Assembly (NCBI RefSeq): GCF_000021865.1
Contig: NC_014034.1
Span: 1,620,001-1,652,000, forward strand
DNA: 32,000 nucleotides
Reading direction: 5' to 3'
From: Rhodobacter capsulatus SB 1003
GTDB lineage: Bacteria > Pseudomonadota > Alphaproteobacteria > Rhodobacterales > Rhodobacteraceae
The first letter of the stretch is position 1, and each line of letters begins with the position of its first letter. The notes beneath the pieces were generated by a model. That model had not been told where the DNA came from. It did not search any database and saw nothing but the letters and a program-made list of their open reading frames with translations. This document shows, one piece after another, positions 8,720 to 16,548 of this stretch. A program made the position numbers and the translations under genes.

Positions 8720-9926
8720 GCCGCTGAAAAACCCCCGCCGCGCGACGGTCTTCATCCTGATCGTGGTCTTTTTCGACATGGCCGGGCTTGGGTTGATCCT
8801 GCCGGTCCTGCCGCGGCTGATCGAGGAAGTGGGCGGGCTGCAGCTGCAGGATGCGGCGCAGGTGGGGGGCTGGCTTTATGCGGTCTATTCGCTGGCGCTG
8901 TTCCTGACGGCGCCGCTTCTGGGGGCGCTCTCCGACCGTTTCGGACGGCGGCCGCTGCTGCTTGTGTCGCTGGCGGGGCTGTGCGTCGATTATGTGCTTT
9001 GCGCGCTGGCGCCCTCGCTTTTGTGGCTGTTCCTTGCGCGGATCGTGGCGGGGATCTGCGGCGCGACGCAGGGGATCGCCAATGCCTATGTCGCCGATTT
9101 CACCGCGCCCGAGGATCGCGCCCGCGCCTTTGGCTGGCTGGGCGCGGCTTTGGGGCTTGGCTTCGTGCTGGGGCCAGCCTTGGGCGGGTTGCTTGGCGCC
9201 TTTGGGCCGCGGGTGCCGTTCTGGGCTGCCGCGGCGCTGGCCGCGCTCAATTTGCTCTGGGGGCTTCGGGCCTTGCCGGAAACCCTTGCGCCGGAAAACC
9301 GCCGTGCCGTGGTTTGGCGCGAGGCGAACCCGTTCGGCATCCTGACCGTCTTTCGCCGTCACAAGGGGGTGCTGCCGCTTGTCGCGATCTATGCGCTCTA
9401 TTTCTTCGCCTCGGCGGTCTATCCGGCGGTCTGGTCCTATTGGGGGATCGCGAAATTCGGCTGGTCCGAGGTCACGATCGGCGTTTCCCTCGCCGCTTTC
9501 GGCATCGTCTGGGCGCTGTTTCAGGGGCTTTTCACCGGCCCCGTGGTGGCGCGCATCGGCGAGCGGCGGGCGGCGCTTCTGGGCCTTGCCATCGCCGGTC
9601 TGGCGGCGGCGGGCTATGGCCTTGTGCCCGGGATCGTCGGTGTCGTCGTGCTGTTGATCTTCCACGGTCCCGAGGGCTTCGCGCAACCGGCGCTGACGGC
9701 GATGATGTCGGCGCGGGTGCCCGAAAGCGAACAGGGCGCGCTGCAGGGCGGGCTGGGTGCGGTCACCAACCTGATGATGCTGGCGGGGACGCTGTTCTTT
9801 GCCCAGGTCTTCGGCTATTTCCTTTCGGATGCGGCGCCGGTGCAAAGCCCCGATGCCGCCTATTTCGCCGCGGCGGCGCTGTTGGCGGTGCCCTTCGTGA
9901 TGCTGTTGCGCAGGAAAGAGACATGA
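8712..9926 (+). CDS. MFS transporter, DHA1/Tet-like family (404 aa)
   Basis: The ATG at 8712 overlaps the gph stop (ATGGCTGA). The MFS motif A GALSDRFGRRPLLL is present, with about 12 hydrophobic segments. Confidence 0.85.
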   Translation: MAEPLKNPRRATVFILIVVFFDMAGLGLILPVLPRLIEEVGGLQLQDAAQVGGWLYAVYSLALFLTAPLLGALSDRFGRRPLLLVSLAGLCVDYVLCALAPSLLWLFLARIVAGICGATQGIANAYVADFTAPEDRARAFGWLGAALGLGFVLGPALGGLLGAFGPRVPFWAAAALAALNLLWGLRALPETLAPENRRAVVWREANPFGILTVFRRHKGVLPLVAIYALYFFASAVYPAVWSYWGIAKFGWSEVTIGVSLAAFGIVWALFQGLFTGPVVARIGERRAALLGLAIAGLAAAGYGLVPGIVGVVVLLIFHGPEGFAQPALTAMMSARVPESEQGALQGGLGAVTNLMMLAGTLFFAQVFGYFLSDAAPVQSPDAAYFAAAALLAVPFVMLLRRKET

Positions 9927-11119
9927 CGGACACGGTCTTCACCGGCAATTTCACCCAGCAGGAACCGATCGACGAGGCCGCCATCGCCGCCGCCGTCGCC
10001 GTGCTGCGCTCGGGGCGGTTGCATCGCTACAATGTCGCGCCCGGCGAGATCGGCGAAACCGCGGCGCTCGAGGTCGCGTTTGCCGCCTTCACCGGGGCGA
10101 AATATTGCCTCGCCGTCGCCTCGGGCGGCTATGCGATGGGCTGCGCTTTGCGCGCCGCGGGGGTTGGCCCGGGGGACCGGGTGCTGACGAATGCCTTCAC
10201 GCTCGCGCCGGTGCCGGGGGCGATTGCCGCGCTCGGCGCCGCGCCGGTCTTCGTGGAAACCACCGAGGATCTGGTGATCGACCTTGAAGACCTTGATCTG
10301 AAAGCGAAAACCGCGGGCGCCCGAGTGCTTTTGCTCTCCCACATGCGCGGCCATATCTGCGACATGGATCGGCTGATGGAGATTGCCACCGCCGCCGGGC
10401 TTCTGGTGATCGAGGATTGCGCCCATACGATGGGGGCCAGCTGGCGCGGCGTGCCCTCGGGGCGGCATGGGGCGGTGGGCTGCTATTCGACGCAGACCTA
10501 CAAGCACATGAATTCGGGCGAGGGCGGGCTGATCGTCTCGGACGATCCCGTTTTGATGGCAAAAATGATCCTGCTGTCCGGGTCTTACATGCTTTATTCC
10601 CGCCATGCCGCCGCCCCCCCGCCCGAGGTGTTCGAGGGGCTGAAATACGACACGCCCAATGTCTCGGGGCGGATGGACAATCTGCGCGCCGCGATCTTGC
10701 GGCCGCAGATCCCGGTGCTGCCGGACCGGATCGGGCGCTGGAACGCGCTTTACCGGGCGCTGGAGGCGGGGCTTTCTGCCACGCCGGGGCTGCGGCTGAT
10801 CGAGCGGCCCCAGGCCGAGGCCTTTGTCGGCTCGTCCTTCCAGTTCCTTTTGCCCGGCTGGTCGGGCGATCGCATCCTGTCCCTTGTCAAGACTTGCGCT
10901 GCGCGGGGGGTGGAGCTGAAATGGTTCGGGGCAGAGGAACCCGTCGCCTTCACCTCGCGCCATCAAAGCTGGCGCTTTGCCCCCGCGCAGGCGCTGCCGC
11001 GCACCGATGCGGTGCTGGCCGGGCTGCTCGATCTGCGGCTGCCGCTCACCTTCTGCGAGGCCGATGCGGCGCTGATTGCCCGTATTGTCGATGACGAGGT
11101 GCGCGGGCTTCAGCGCTGA
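9923..11119 (+). CDS. DegT/DnrJ/EryC1/StrS family PLP-dependent aminotransferase (398 aa)
   Basis: The ATG at 9923 overlaps the MFS stop (ATGA). Family pattern: VIEDCAHTMGASWRG...GAVGCYSTQTYKHMNSGEGGLIVSDD, containing the PLP lysine. Confidence 0.85.
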   Translation: MTDTVFTGNFTQQEPIDEAAIAAAVAVLRSGRLHRYNVAPGEIGETAALEVAFAAFTGAKYCLAVASGGYAMGCALRAAGVGPGDRVLTNAFTLAPVPGAIAALGAAPVFVETTEDLVIDLEDLDLKAKTAGARVLLLSHMRGHICDMDRLMEIATAAGLLVIEDCAHTMGASWRGVPSGRHGAVGCYSTQTYKHMNSGEGGLIVSDDPVLMAKMILLSGSYMLYSRHAAAPPPEVFEGLKYDTPNVSGRMDNLRAAILRPQIPVLPDRIGRWNALYRALEAGLSATPGLRLIERPQAEAFVGSSFQFLLPGWSGDRILSLVKTCAARGVELKWFGAEEPVAFTSRHQSWRFAPAQALPRTDAVLAGLLDLRLPLTFCEADAALIARIVDDEVRGLQR

Positions 11120-11829
11120 TCGCCCAGAAGCCTTTCCTGCCAGGCGGCATTGTTGATCGGCGCCTCGGCCAGGGCGAATTCGAAACTGGCGAAAGCGCAG
11201 GGCAGGCGCAGCGTGATATCGGCCAGCACCAGCCGCTCGGTGCCGAAATCATGCGTCTCGACCTCTTCGCTCAGCAGCACCACGGAAATGTCGGGGCGGC
11301 CAAGCCGCAGCCGCATCAGCGGTTCCGTCATCTCCGAGATCCCGCCCAGCGTGTCGAGATCGACCAGCAGCAGCGCGCCCTGCGGCGCCGACCAGACCGG
11401 CGCGGTCGCGTGCAGCGCGCCGATGCGGCGGAACGGCAGGCCGTGATCGGCAAGCCAGTCGAGGCAGGTCAGACCCGCGCCGCTGCGATGCGACAGCACA
11501 TAGACGACCGAGACCGCCTCCTCGTCGAGACCGTAAAAGCGGGCGGCTGCGGGGGCGATGGCGACCGGCGCCGGGGCGCCCCCCCGCAGGCTGGCAGTGG
11601 GGGTGATCGCGGGCGTTGCTGCGGCGTGGCGACCGATGCGCCGAAGGCCGATGCCGGGGGCGTCGGTTCCGGGCAGCTGATCGGCGGCGGCGATCACCGC
11701 GGCGGGCCATCCCGGGGCGGTCGGCGCGGGGCTCAGCGCGGCGCGCAGCCGCATCAGGATCCGGCCAAGCCAGGGCCCGAAAACCGCCGTCGTCGCGACG
11801 GGGTGCGAGGATGTATGCGTCCAGACCAT
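11110..11829 (-). CDS. Hypothetical protein with a degenerate receiver-like C-terminal half (239 aa)
   Basis: Strong GC3 coding signature; GGGAGGG lies 4 nt upstream of the ATG. The C-terminal half resembles a CheY fold (LLLVDLDTLGG / VVLLSEE / LRLP), but the N-terminal acidic pair is replaced by SH. The N-terminal half is Ala/Pro-rich and low in complexity. Confidence 0.6.
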   Translation of the reverse strand: MVWTHTSSHPVATTAVFGPWLGRILMRLRAALSPAPTAPGWPAAVIAAADQLPGTDAPGIGLRRIGRHAAATPAITPTASLRGGAPAPVAIAPAAARFYGLDEEAVSVVYVLSHRSGAGLTCLDWLADHGLPFRRIGALHATAPVWSAPQGALLLVDLDTLGGISEMTEPLMRLRLGRPDISVVLLSEEVETHDFGTERLVLADITLRLPCAFASFEFALAEAPINNAAWQERLLGDQR

Positions 11830-11943
11830 GCGGCCCTCCCAGTGCTTAACCTGAGTGAAAGGTTAATTGCCGTTAGGGAATCCGGGCAATGTGTCGGAGG
11901 GATGACAGCGCGCGCGAAAGGATAGGTCCGTGGCCGCGGGCGC

Positions 11944-14649
11944 TCAGACCTGCGGCGCGGCGGAGGTTTCAAGCTCGGCGCAGGTATCGATCCAGATCGG
12001 GCCAAGGGCGTCGAGGGCGGCCCCCGTCGCCGCATCGGGGGCGGTTCCCGGCGTGGCGGGGCGCAGCGCCAGCTCGATCGTCTTGAGCCGGTGATGCAGC
12101 CGTTCCGCCCCGAGCAGCGCCGCCGAACCGGCGAATTTATGCGCCAGAGCCGCGGTTTCCGCCGGGCGCTCCTGCGCCGCCGCCCGCGTCAGCGCCGCGA
12201 TCATCGCCGCACCCTCGGTCAGGAAGCGCTGCAGCGTCTGCGCCATCATCTCGGGGCCAAGCGACTGCGCCAGCTCGGCCCGGGTTTCGGCCTGCACCAG
12301 CGGCCGCTCGGCCTCCGCCTCGGGCTCGGGCGGGATCGACAGATTCTGTTGGCGCAGCCGCGGGCAGAGTTCTTCAGCCAGCACCTGATCCAGCATCTTG
12401 CGGGTGATCGGCTTCGAGATCACCCGGCAGACCCCGGCCGCCTCGAGCCGGTTGCGCGCCTCGGGCAGGACATTCGCCGTGACCGCGATGATCGGCGTCT
12501 CGTGGTTCGGCCCGGTTCCGGCCCGGATCGCCTCGGTCGCGTCGACGCCGTTCATCCGCGGCATGTTCAGGTCGATCAGGATCACGTCATAGCGCCGCTC
12601 TGCCGCCTTTTCGACCGCCTCGACGCCGTCGCGGGCCTCGGCGATGCTGTGCCCGGCGCGGCGCAGCATTTCGCACAGCACGACGCGGTTGATGTCATTG
12701 TCCTCGACCACCAGCACCTCGATTGGCGTCGACAGACGCAGCGCCGGGCTGCCGTCTGCGGAACAGGGGGCGGAACCGGCGGCGGCCGCGGTAGCAGGAG
12801 GCGCGGGCGGCTTCACCACCGGCACCGGCGCGACGGGGGCGGGCATGCTCAGCACCACCGGAGCGGGCAGGGTGATCCAGAAGGCCGAGCCCTGTCCGGG
12901 GTCGCTTTCCACCCCGATCTGGCCGCGCATCGCCCGCATCAGCCGCCGCGCGATCGACAGACCCAGCCCCGATCCCGTCGCCTCGCGCGAGAGTTCGGGG
13001 TCGAGCGTGACGAAATCGTCGAAGATCCGCTCGGTTTCGCCCTGGGGAATGCCGATGCCGGTGTCGATGACCCGGTATTCCAGCTGGCCCTGATCGCGGT
13101 GATATTCCGCCTCGAGGGTGATGGTGCCGTCGCGGGTGAACTTGATCGCATTGCCGACGAGATTCAGCAGCACCTGCCGGATCCGCATCGCATCGCCCTC
13201 GACCGCGTCGGGCAGGCGGCCGACCGCGCGCGTCTCAAGCCGGTTGCCGCGCGCCCCGGCCCCGGCGGCCTGCATCTGCACGATCTCGTCCAGCACCGAC
13301 ATCGGCGCAAAGGGCTCGCGTGAGAGCGAGAGCTTGCCCGCGTCGAGCCGCTCCACATCCAGCGTGTTGTTGACATGCGACAGCAGGATTTCGCCCGCCT
13401 TCTGCATCGAGCCGAGCAACGCGGCCTGGCTGGCATCGAGCGGGGTCTCGCGCAGAAGTTCAAGCGTGCCGAGCAGGCCGTTCAGCGGCGTGCGCATCTC
13501 GTGGCTCATCACCGCGACGAATTCGGCCTGCGCCTGTTCGCCCGCCATCGCGGCGTCGCGCGCGTCGATCAACTCCTTTTCGGCGGCGACGCGGTCGGTG
13601 ATGTCGCGCATGTAGCCGACGAAGATTTCCTTGCGGCCGATCCGGGTCGCGGTCACCGAAATCTCGGCCGGAAAGACCGAGCCGTCCTTGCGCCGCGCCT
13701 GCAGCCCGATCAGCCCATGCCCCGCGATCCGCGGCACGCCGCCGGTGCGGTAGCGCTTGAACCCCGCCACCTTCGCCGATTTCATCGCCTCGGGCACGAT
13801 CAGGTCGTTGAGATGCTGCCCCACCGCCTCGGCGTGGCTGTAGCCGAAGACCCGTTCGGCGGCGCCGTTGAATTCCAGCACCTTGCCCTCGTGATCGACG
13901 ACGATCACCGCATCGAAAGAGGTGCCGATCACCGCTTCCAGCCGCGCCTTGGCCGCCGAGAGCGAGCCCGTCTGCCGCATCCCGAAGCGCCAGAGCGACC
14001 AGGTGATGACAAGCCCCGCGGTGATCGCGGCCAGAAGCGCCGTGGTCAGCGAGGCGAGCAGCATCAGCGAGGTGAACACCCGTTCGCGCTGCGCCATCGA
14101 GCGGGCGGCGAATTCGCGCACGCCTTCGAGCGAGATCGTGCGGACGTCGTCTTCAAGCGCCCCGGCGCGGCTGCGCAGTTCGGGCAGGACCGGGGCGAGC
14201 GCCTCGGGTCCGGCATCGACGAGCGTCGCGGTCTCGTGCAGGAAGGCGTCGATGCGGGCGATTTCGGGGCCTGCGACCTCGGGGGTGACGATCGCCGCAA
14301 AGCCGCGCCCCTCCATGATCGTGTGCACGCGGCTGTAGAAGACATCGAAGCTGCGGGAGAAGTCCGCCATCGTTTCAGGCGCTTCCGGGCGGGCGCGCAG
14401 CAGCGCCCCGTCCATGTGGAAATATTCGACCTCGAGTTGCGCCAGCGTCCATTGCAGGCTGTCGGAATTGGCGATGGCAAGATTGTCGATTTCCGACTGC
14501 ACCATCACGCCGTAGCGATAAAGCGCCCCCACCGCGCCAAGGAACACCACGACAAGCCCCGCGAACAGGAACGGGCGCAGGCGTCGCGGAGGGTCGAGAA
14601 ACGAGGGGAATCTGTCCGACATGAAACCGATGCGAGAGGGGGCAGGCAC
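11944..14649 (-). CDS. Hybrid sensor histidine kinase: TM-periplasmic-TM-PAS-HisKA-HATPase-REC-HPt (901 aa)
   Basis: H-box SHEMRTPLNG, N-box LLNLVGNAIKFT, G-boxes DTGIGI and GSGLGLSI. Receiver VLVVEDNDINR...ILIDLNMPRMNG...AVTAN...SKP. C-terminal HPt AHKFAGSAALLGA. The start is uncertain: GTG at 14649 or ATG at 14622 (MSDRFPS). Confidence 0.9.
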   Translation of the reverse strand: MPAPSRIGFMSDRFPSFLDPPRRLRPFLFAGLVVVFLGAVGALYRYGVMVQSEIDNLAIANSDSLQWTLAQLEVEYFHMDGALLRARPEAPETMADFSRSFDVFYSRVHTIMEGRGFAAIVTPEVAGPEIARIDAFLHETATLVDAGPEALAPVLPELRSRAGALEDDVRTISLEGVREFAARSMAQRERVFTSLMLLASLTTALLAAITAGLVITWSLWRFGMRQTGSLSAAKARLEAVIGTSFDAVIVVDHEGKVLEFNGAAERVFGYSHAEAVGQHLNDLIVPEAMKSAKVAGFKRYRTGGVPRIAGHGLIGLQARRKDGSVFPAEISVTATRIGRKEIFVGYMRDITDRVAAEKELIDARDAAMAGEQAQAEFVAVMSHEMRTPLNGLLGTLELLRETPLDASQAALLGSMQKAGEILLSHVNNTLDVERLDAGKLSLSREPFAPMSVLDEIVQMQAAGAGARGNRLETRAVGRLPDAVEGDAMRIRQVLLNLVGNAIKFTRDGTITLEAEYHRDQGQLEYRVIDTGIGIPQGETERIFDDFVTLDPELSREATGSGLGLSIARRLMRAMRGQIGVESDPGQGSAFWITLPAPVVLSMPAPVAPVPVVKPPAPPATAAAAGSAPCSADGSPALRLSTPIEVLVVEDNDINRVVLCEMLRRAGHSIAEARDGVEAVEKAAERRYDVILIDLNMPRMNGVDATEAIRAGTGPNHETPIIAVTANVLPEARNRLEAAGVCRVISKPITRKMLDQVLAEELCPRLRQQNLSIPPEPEAEAERPLVQAETRAELAQSLGPEMMAQTLQRFLTEGAAMIAALTRAAAQERPAETAALAHKFAGSAALLGAERLHHRLKTIELALRPATPGTAPDAATGAALDALGPIWIDTCAELETSAAPQV

Positions 14650-14655
14650 CCCGGG

Positions 14656-15213
14656 TTAAGGCAGGACCTCGATCCGGTCGACCTGCCAGACGGACCGGGA
14701 ATAGACGATTTCGTTTCTGAATTCTGGCGCCGAATCATAGGGATAGACAAGCCAGAGCGGGCCCTTGTCGCGCACTTTCATCGGCTTGCCGTCGCGCAGG
14801 TCGGCCAGCAGGGCCCCGCCCGCGACCACCTCGGAAACCGGGATCTGCACCGAATAATCATTGACCGCGGTGATCTTCAGCGTGCCGCCGGTGACCCCCA
14901 GATGATCGATCAGGCTGCGCAACTCGACCCCCGAGAAGCTTTGCACGCCCTCGGTCCAGATCGTCGAGGTGGCGAAGCTCCGCCGCGGCAGCGCGGCCAG
15001 CATCGCGGCGTCGAATCTGGCAACCCCCGGGCCGTCGCTTCCCGCGATCCGGCCGGTAACCGTCAGCATGACCTGCCCCGCGGGGGCGGTCTGCGCGGAG
15101 GGGGGCGCGGGCTCGGCCAGCACGGCGGGCACCGCCAGCGCAAGGCCCGCGGCGACAGGAAGGGAGCGGCTCAGGATCAGCACGGCCTTGGCCGTCTTGG
15201 TGAAGATAGGCAT
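14656..15213 (-). CDS. Periplasmic protein with an oxidoreductase molybdopterin-binding-like domain (about 185 aa)
   Basis: Signal peptide MPIFTKTAKAVLILSRSLPVAAGLALAVPAVLA. The pattern FSGVELRSLIDHLGV...ITAVNDYSVQIP...GGALLADLRDGKPM...KGPLWLVYP resembles the Oxidored_molyb fold. I prefer the ATG at 15213 (GGGGGAAAG upstream) over the track start at 15234. The stop lies 6 nt before the kinase ORF. Confidence 0.75.
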   Translation of the reverse strand: MPIFTKTAKAVLILSRSLPVAAGLALAVPAVLAEPAPPSAQTAPAGQVMLTVTGRIAGSDGPGVARFDAAMLAALPRRSFATSTIWTEGVQSFSGVELRSLIDHLGVTGGTLKITAVNDYSVQIPVSEVVAGGALLADLRDGKPMKVRDKGPLWLVYPYDSAPEFRNEIVYSRSVWQVDRIEVLP

Positions 15214-15295
15214 GTCTTTCCCCCGTTGGATCATGCACGATCGCGGGATTGTCGCATAGCCCTCCGGTCAAGCCATGCGGAATTAAGTATGTTTA

Positions 15296-15313
15296 CCTAT
15301 CCGAAAGGATAGG
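15296..15313. promoter_or_regulatory. Perfect 7-4-7 inverted repeat CCTATCC-GAAA-GGATAGG in the divergent promoter region (candidate operator)
   Basis: Read directly from the sequence. It shares 14 nt with 16551-16564 (opposite strand) and 12 nt with 11915-11926. Confidence 0.4.
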
Positions 15314-15455
15314 AGTACCCTTCGATAGGGGGCGTCCGCAGCGCTTAGGGCGAGCGCGTCAGAAACTTCCCGTCGCGGTCTTGAAATAGCCCGCTTTCTT
15401 TAAGATTACCTTTCCGCAACCCCTGCGGGAGAGGCTCGGGCCGGGATTTTCGGAG

Positions 15456-16076
15456 GTGAAGGTGAGATTGCTGATTGCCGACGACCATGATCTCGTGCGC
15501 GATGCGATCGCGGCGCTGTTGCGCGCGGGCGGCTGCGACGAGGTCGCCGTGGCCGGAACCCTGCCCGAGGCGCTGGCGGCGGTGCAGGCCGCGGTGCAGG
15601 CGGGGGGCGGCTACGATCTGGTGCTGCTCGATTACGACATGCCGGGAATGGACGGGCTCGAGGGGCTGGCGCAGATGAAACGCGCCTTTCCCGCGCAGGC
15701 GGTGGCGATCATTTCGGGCGTGGCCCGGCCCGCCGCCGCGCGCGAGGCGCTGGAGGCCGGGGCGATCGGCTTCGTGCCGAAGGCGATGCCCGCGCGCTCG
15801 ATCATCGGGGCGGTGACGCTGATGGCCTCGGGCTCGGTCTTTGCGCCTTTCGACTTTCTCAAGCAGGAGGAGCCGCCGGTGCAGGGCGGGCTGACGGCGC
15901 GCGAAACCGAGGTGCTGCGCGGCATCTGCGCCGGGCGGACGAACAAGGAAATCGCCCGCGAGATGGACCTGCAGGAGGTCACGGTGAAGCTGCATGTGCG
16001 CACGCTGACGCGCAAGATCGGCGCGCGCAACCGCACCCATGCCGCGATGATCGCGCGCGAAAACGGCTGGTTCTGA
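15456..16076 (+). CDS. NarL/FixJ-family response regulator (REC + LuxR/GerE HTH), about 205 aa
   Basis: LLIADDHDLVRD, LLDYDMPGMDG and FVPKA are the receiver motifs. LTARETEVLRGICAGRTNKEIAREMDLQEVTVKLHVRTL is the GerE HTH. The track start is GTG at 15456; GTG at 15462 fits the GGAGG at 15452-15456 better. Confidence 0.9.
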   Translation: MKVRLLIADDHDLVRDAIAALLRAGGCDEVAVAGTLPEALAAVQAAVQAGGGYDLVLLDYDMPGMDGLEGLAQMKRAFPAQAVAIISGVARPAAAREALEAGAIGFVPKAMPARSIIGAVTLMASGSVFAPFDFLKQEEPPVQGGLTARETEVLRGICAGRTNKEIAREMDLQEVTVKLHVRTLTRKIGARNRTHAAMIARENGWF

Positions 16077-16101
16077 ACGCCAGCCCGCTGTTCTCAATGA
16101 T

Positions 16102-16127
16102 AAAGGCGGTGCCGAAGCACCGCCTTT
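16102..16127. terminator. Bidirectional intrinsic terminator-like hairpin
   Basis: AAAGGCGGTGC-CGAA-GCACCGCCTTT: a perfect 11-bp stem with a 4-nt loop and A/T runs on both sides. It lies between the convergent regulator gene (stop 16076) and the 83-aa ORF (stop 16196). Confidence 0.6.
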
Positions 16128-16195
16128 CGCCGCCGGATCGAGTGGGACGGCGGCGTTGGGTCCGCCGATTGGGTCAGGCGCGGACCGACATGGGG

Positions 16196-16447
16196 TCATC
16201 TTCGGATCGGGAAGGGCAGCACCTCTGCGGTGCGGTCGCGCTCGGCGCGCGAGGTGAAGGGCGAGACCCGCCGCGGCCGCAGCGGTGCGGGGGCGGGTTG
16301 GGGAAACACCACCGGTTCCATCCGCTCGATCGCCCGGGTGAGGGCGGCGGAGACCTCGCCCAGCCCCTCGTTGCGGCAATAATCGTTCATCTCGATCAGC
16401 ACGGCATAGATCCAGGCGTGCTGACTGGCAGTGGCGATCGGGCTCAT
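16196..16447 (-). CDS. Small hypothetical protein (83 aa)
   Basis: An internal ATG (complement of 16445-16447) lies within the 212-aa track ORF. Third codon positions are almost all G/C (atg agc ccg atc gcc act gcc ...). The upstream part of the track ORF is antisense to ivd. I recognise no family. Confidence 0.5.
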   Translation of the reverse strand: MSPIATASQHAWIYAVLIEMNDYCRNEGLGEVSAALTRAIERMEPVVFPQPAPAPLRPRRVSPFTSRAERDRTAEVLPFPIRR

Positions 16448-16548
16448 GGCGCGGCTTTCTGTCGTTATCCTTGACACGATATTTACCAAACCCCGCCGCC
16501 CGTGGCGCCTGCGCCGAAGGTCAGCGGCCGCGCGCGAAAGCGTCTGCG

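Noticed and set aside
8529-15312. Shadow ORFs 8529-9845 (-), 9860-10966 (-), 12091-13323 (+) and 13375-15312 (+)
   Set aside because: They are antisense to the MFS, aminotransferase and kinase genes, have no motifs and have the wrong codon-position GC pattern.
16471-16476. A perfect TTGACA -35 hexamer on the plus strand upstream of ivd
   Set aside because: The sequence 17-18 nt downstream is CGCCGC-like with no -10 resemblance. The AT-rich stretch is better read on the minus strand as an extended -10 (TGGTAAATA) for the 83-aa ORF.
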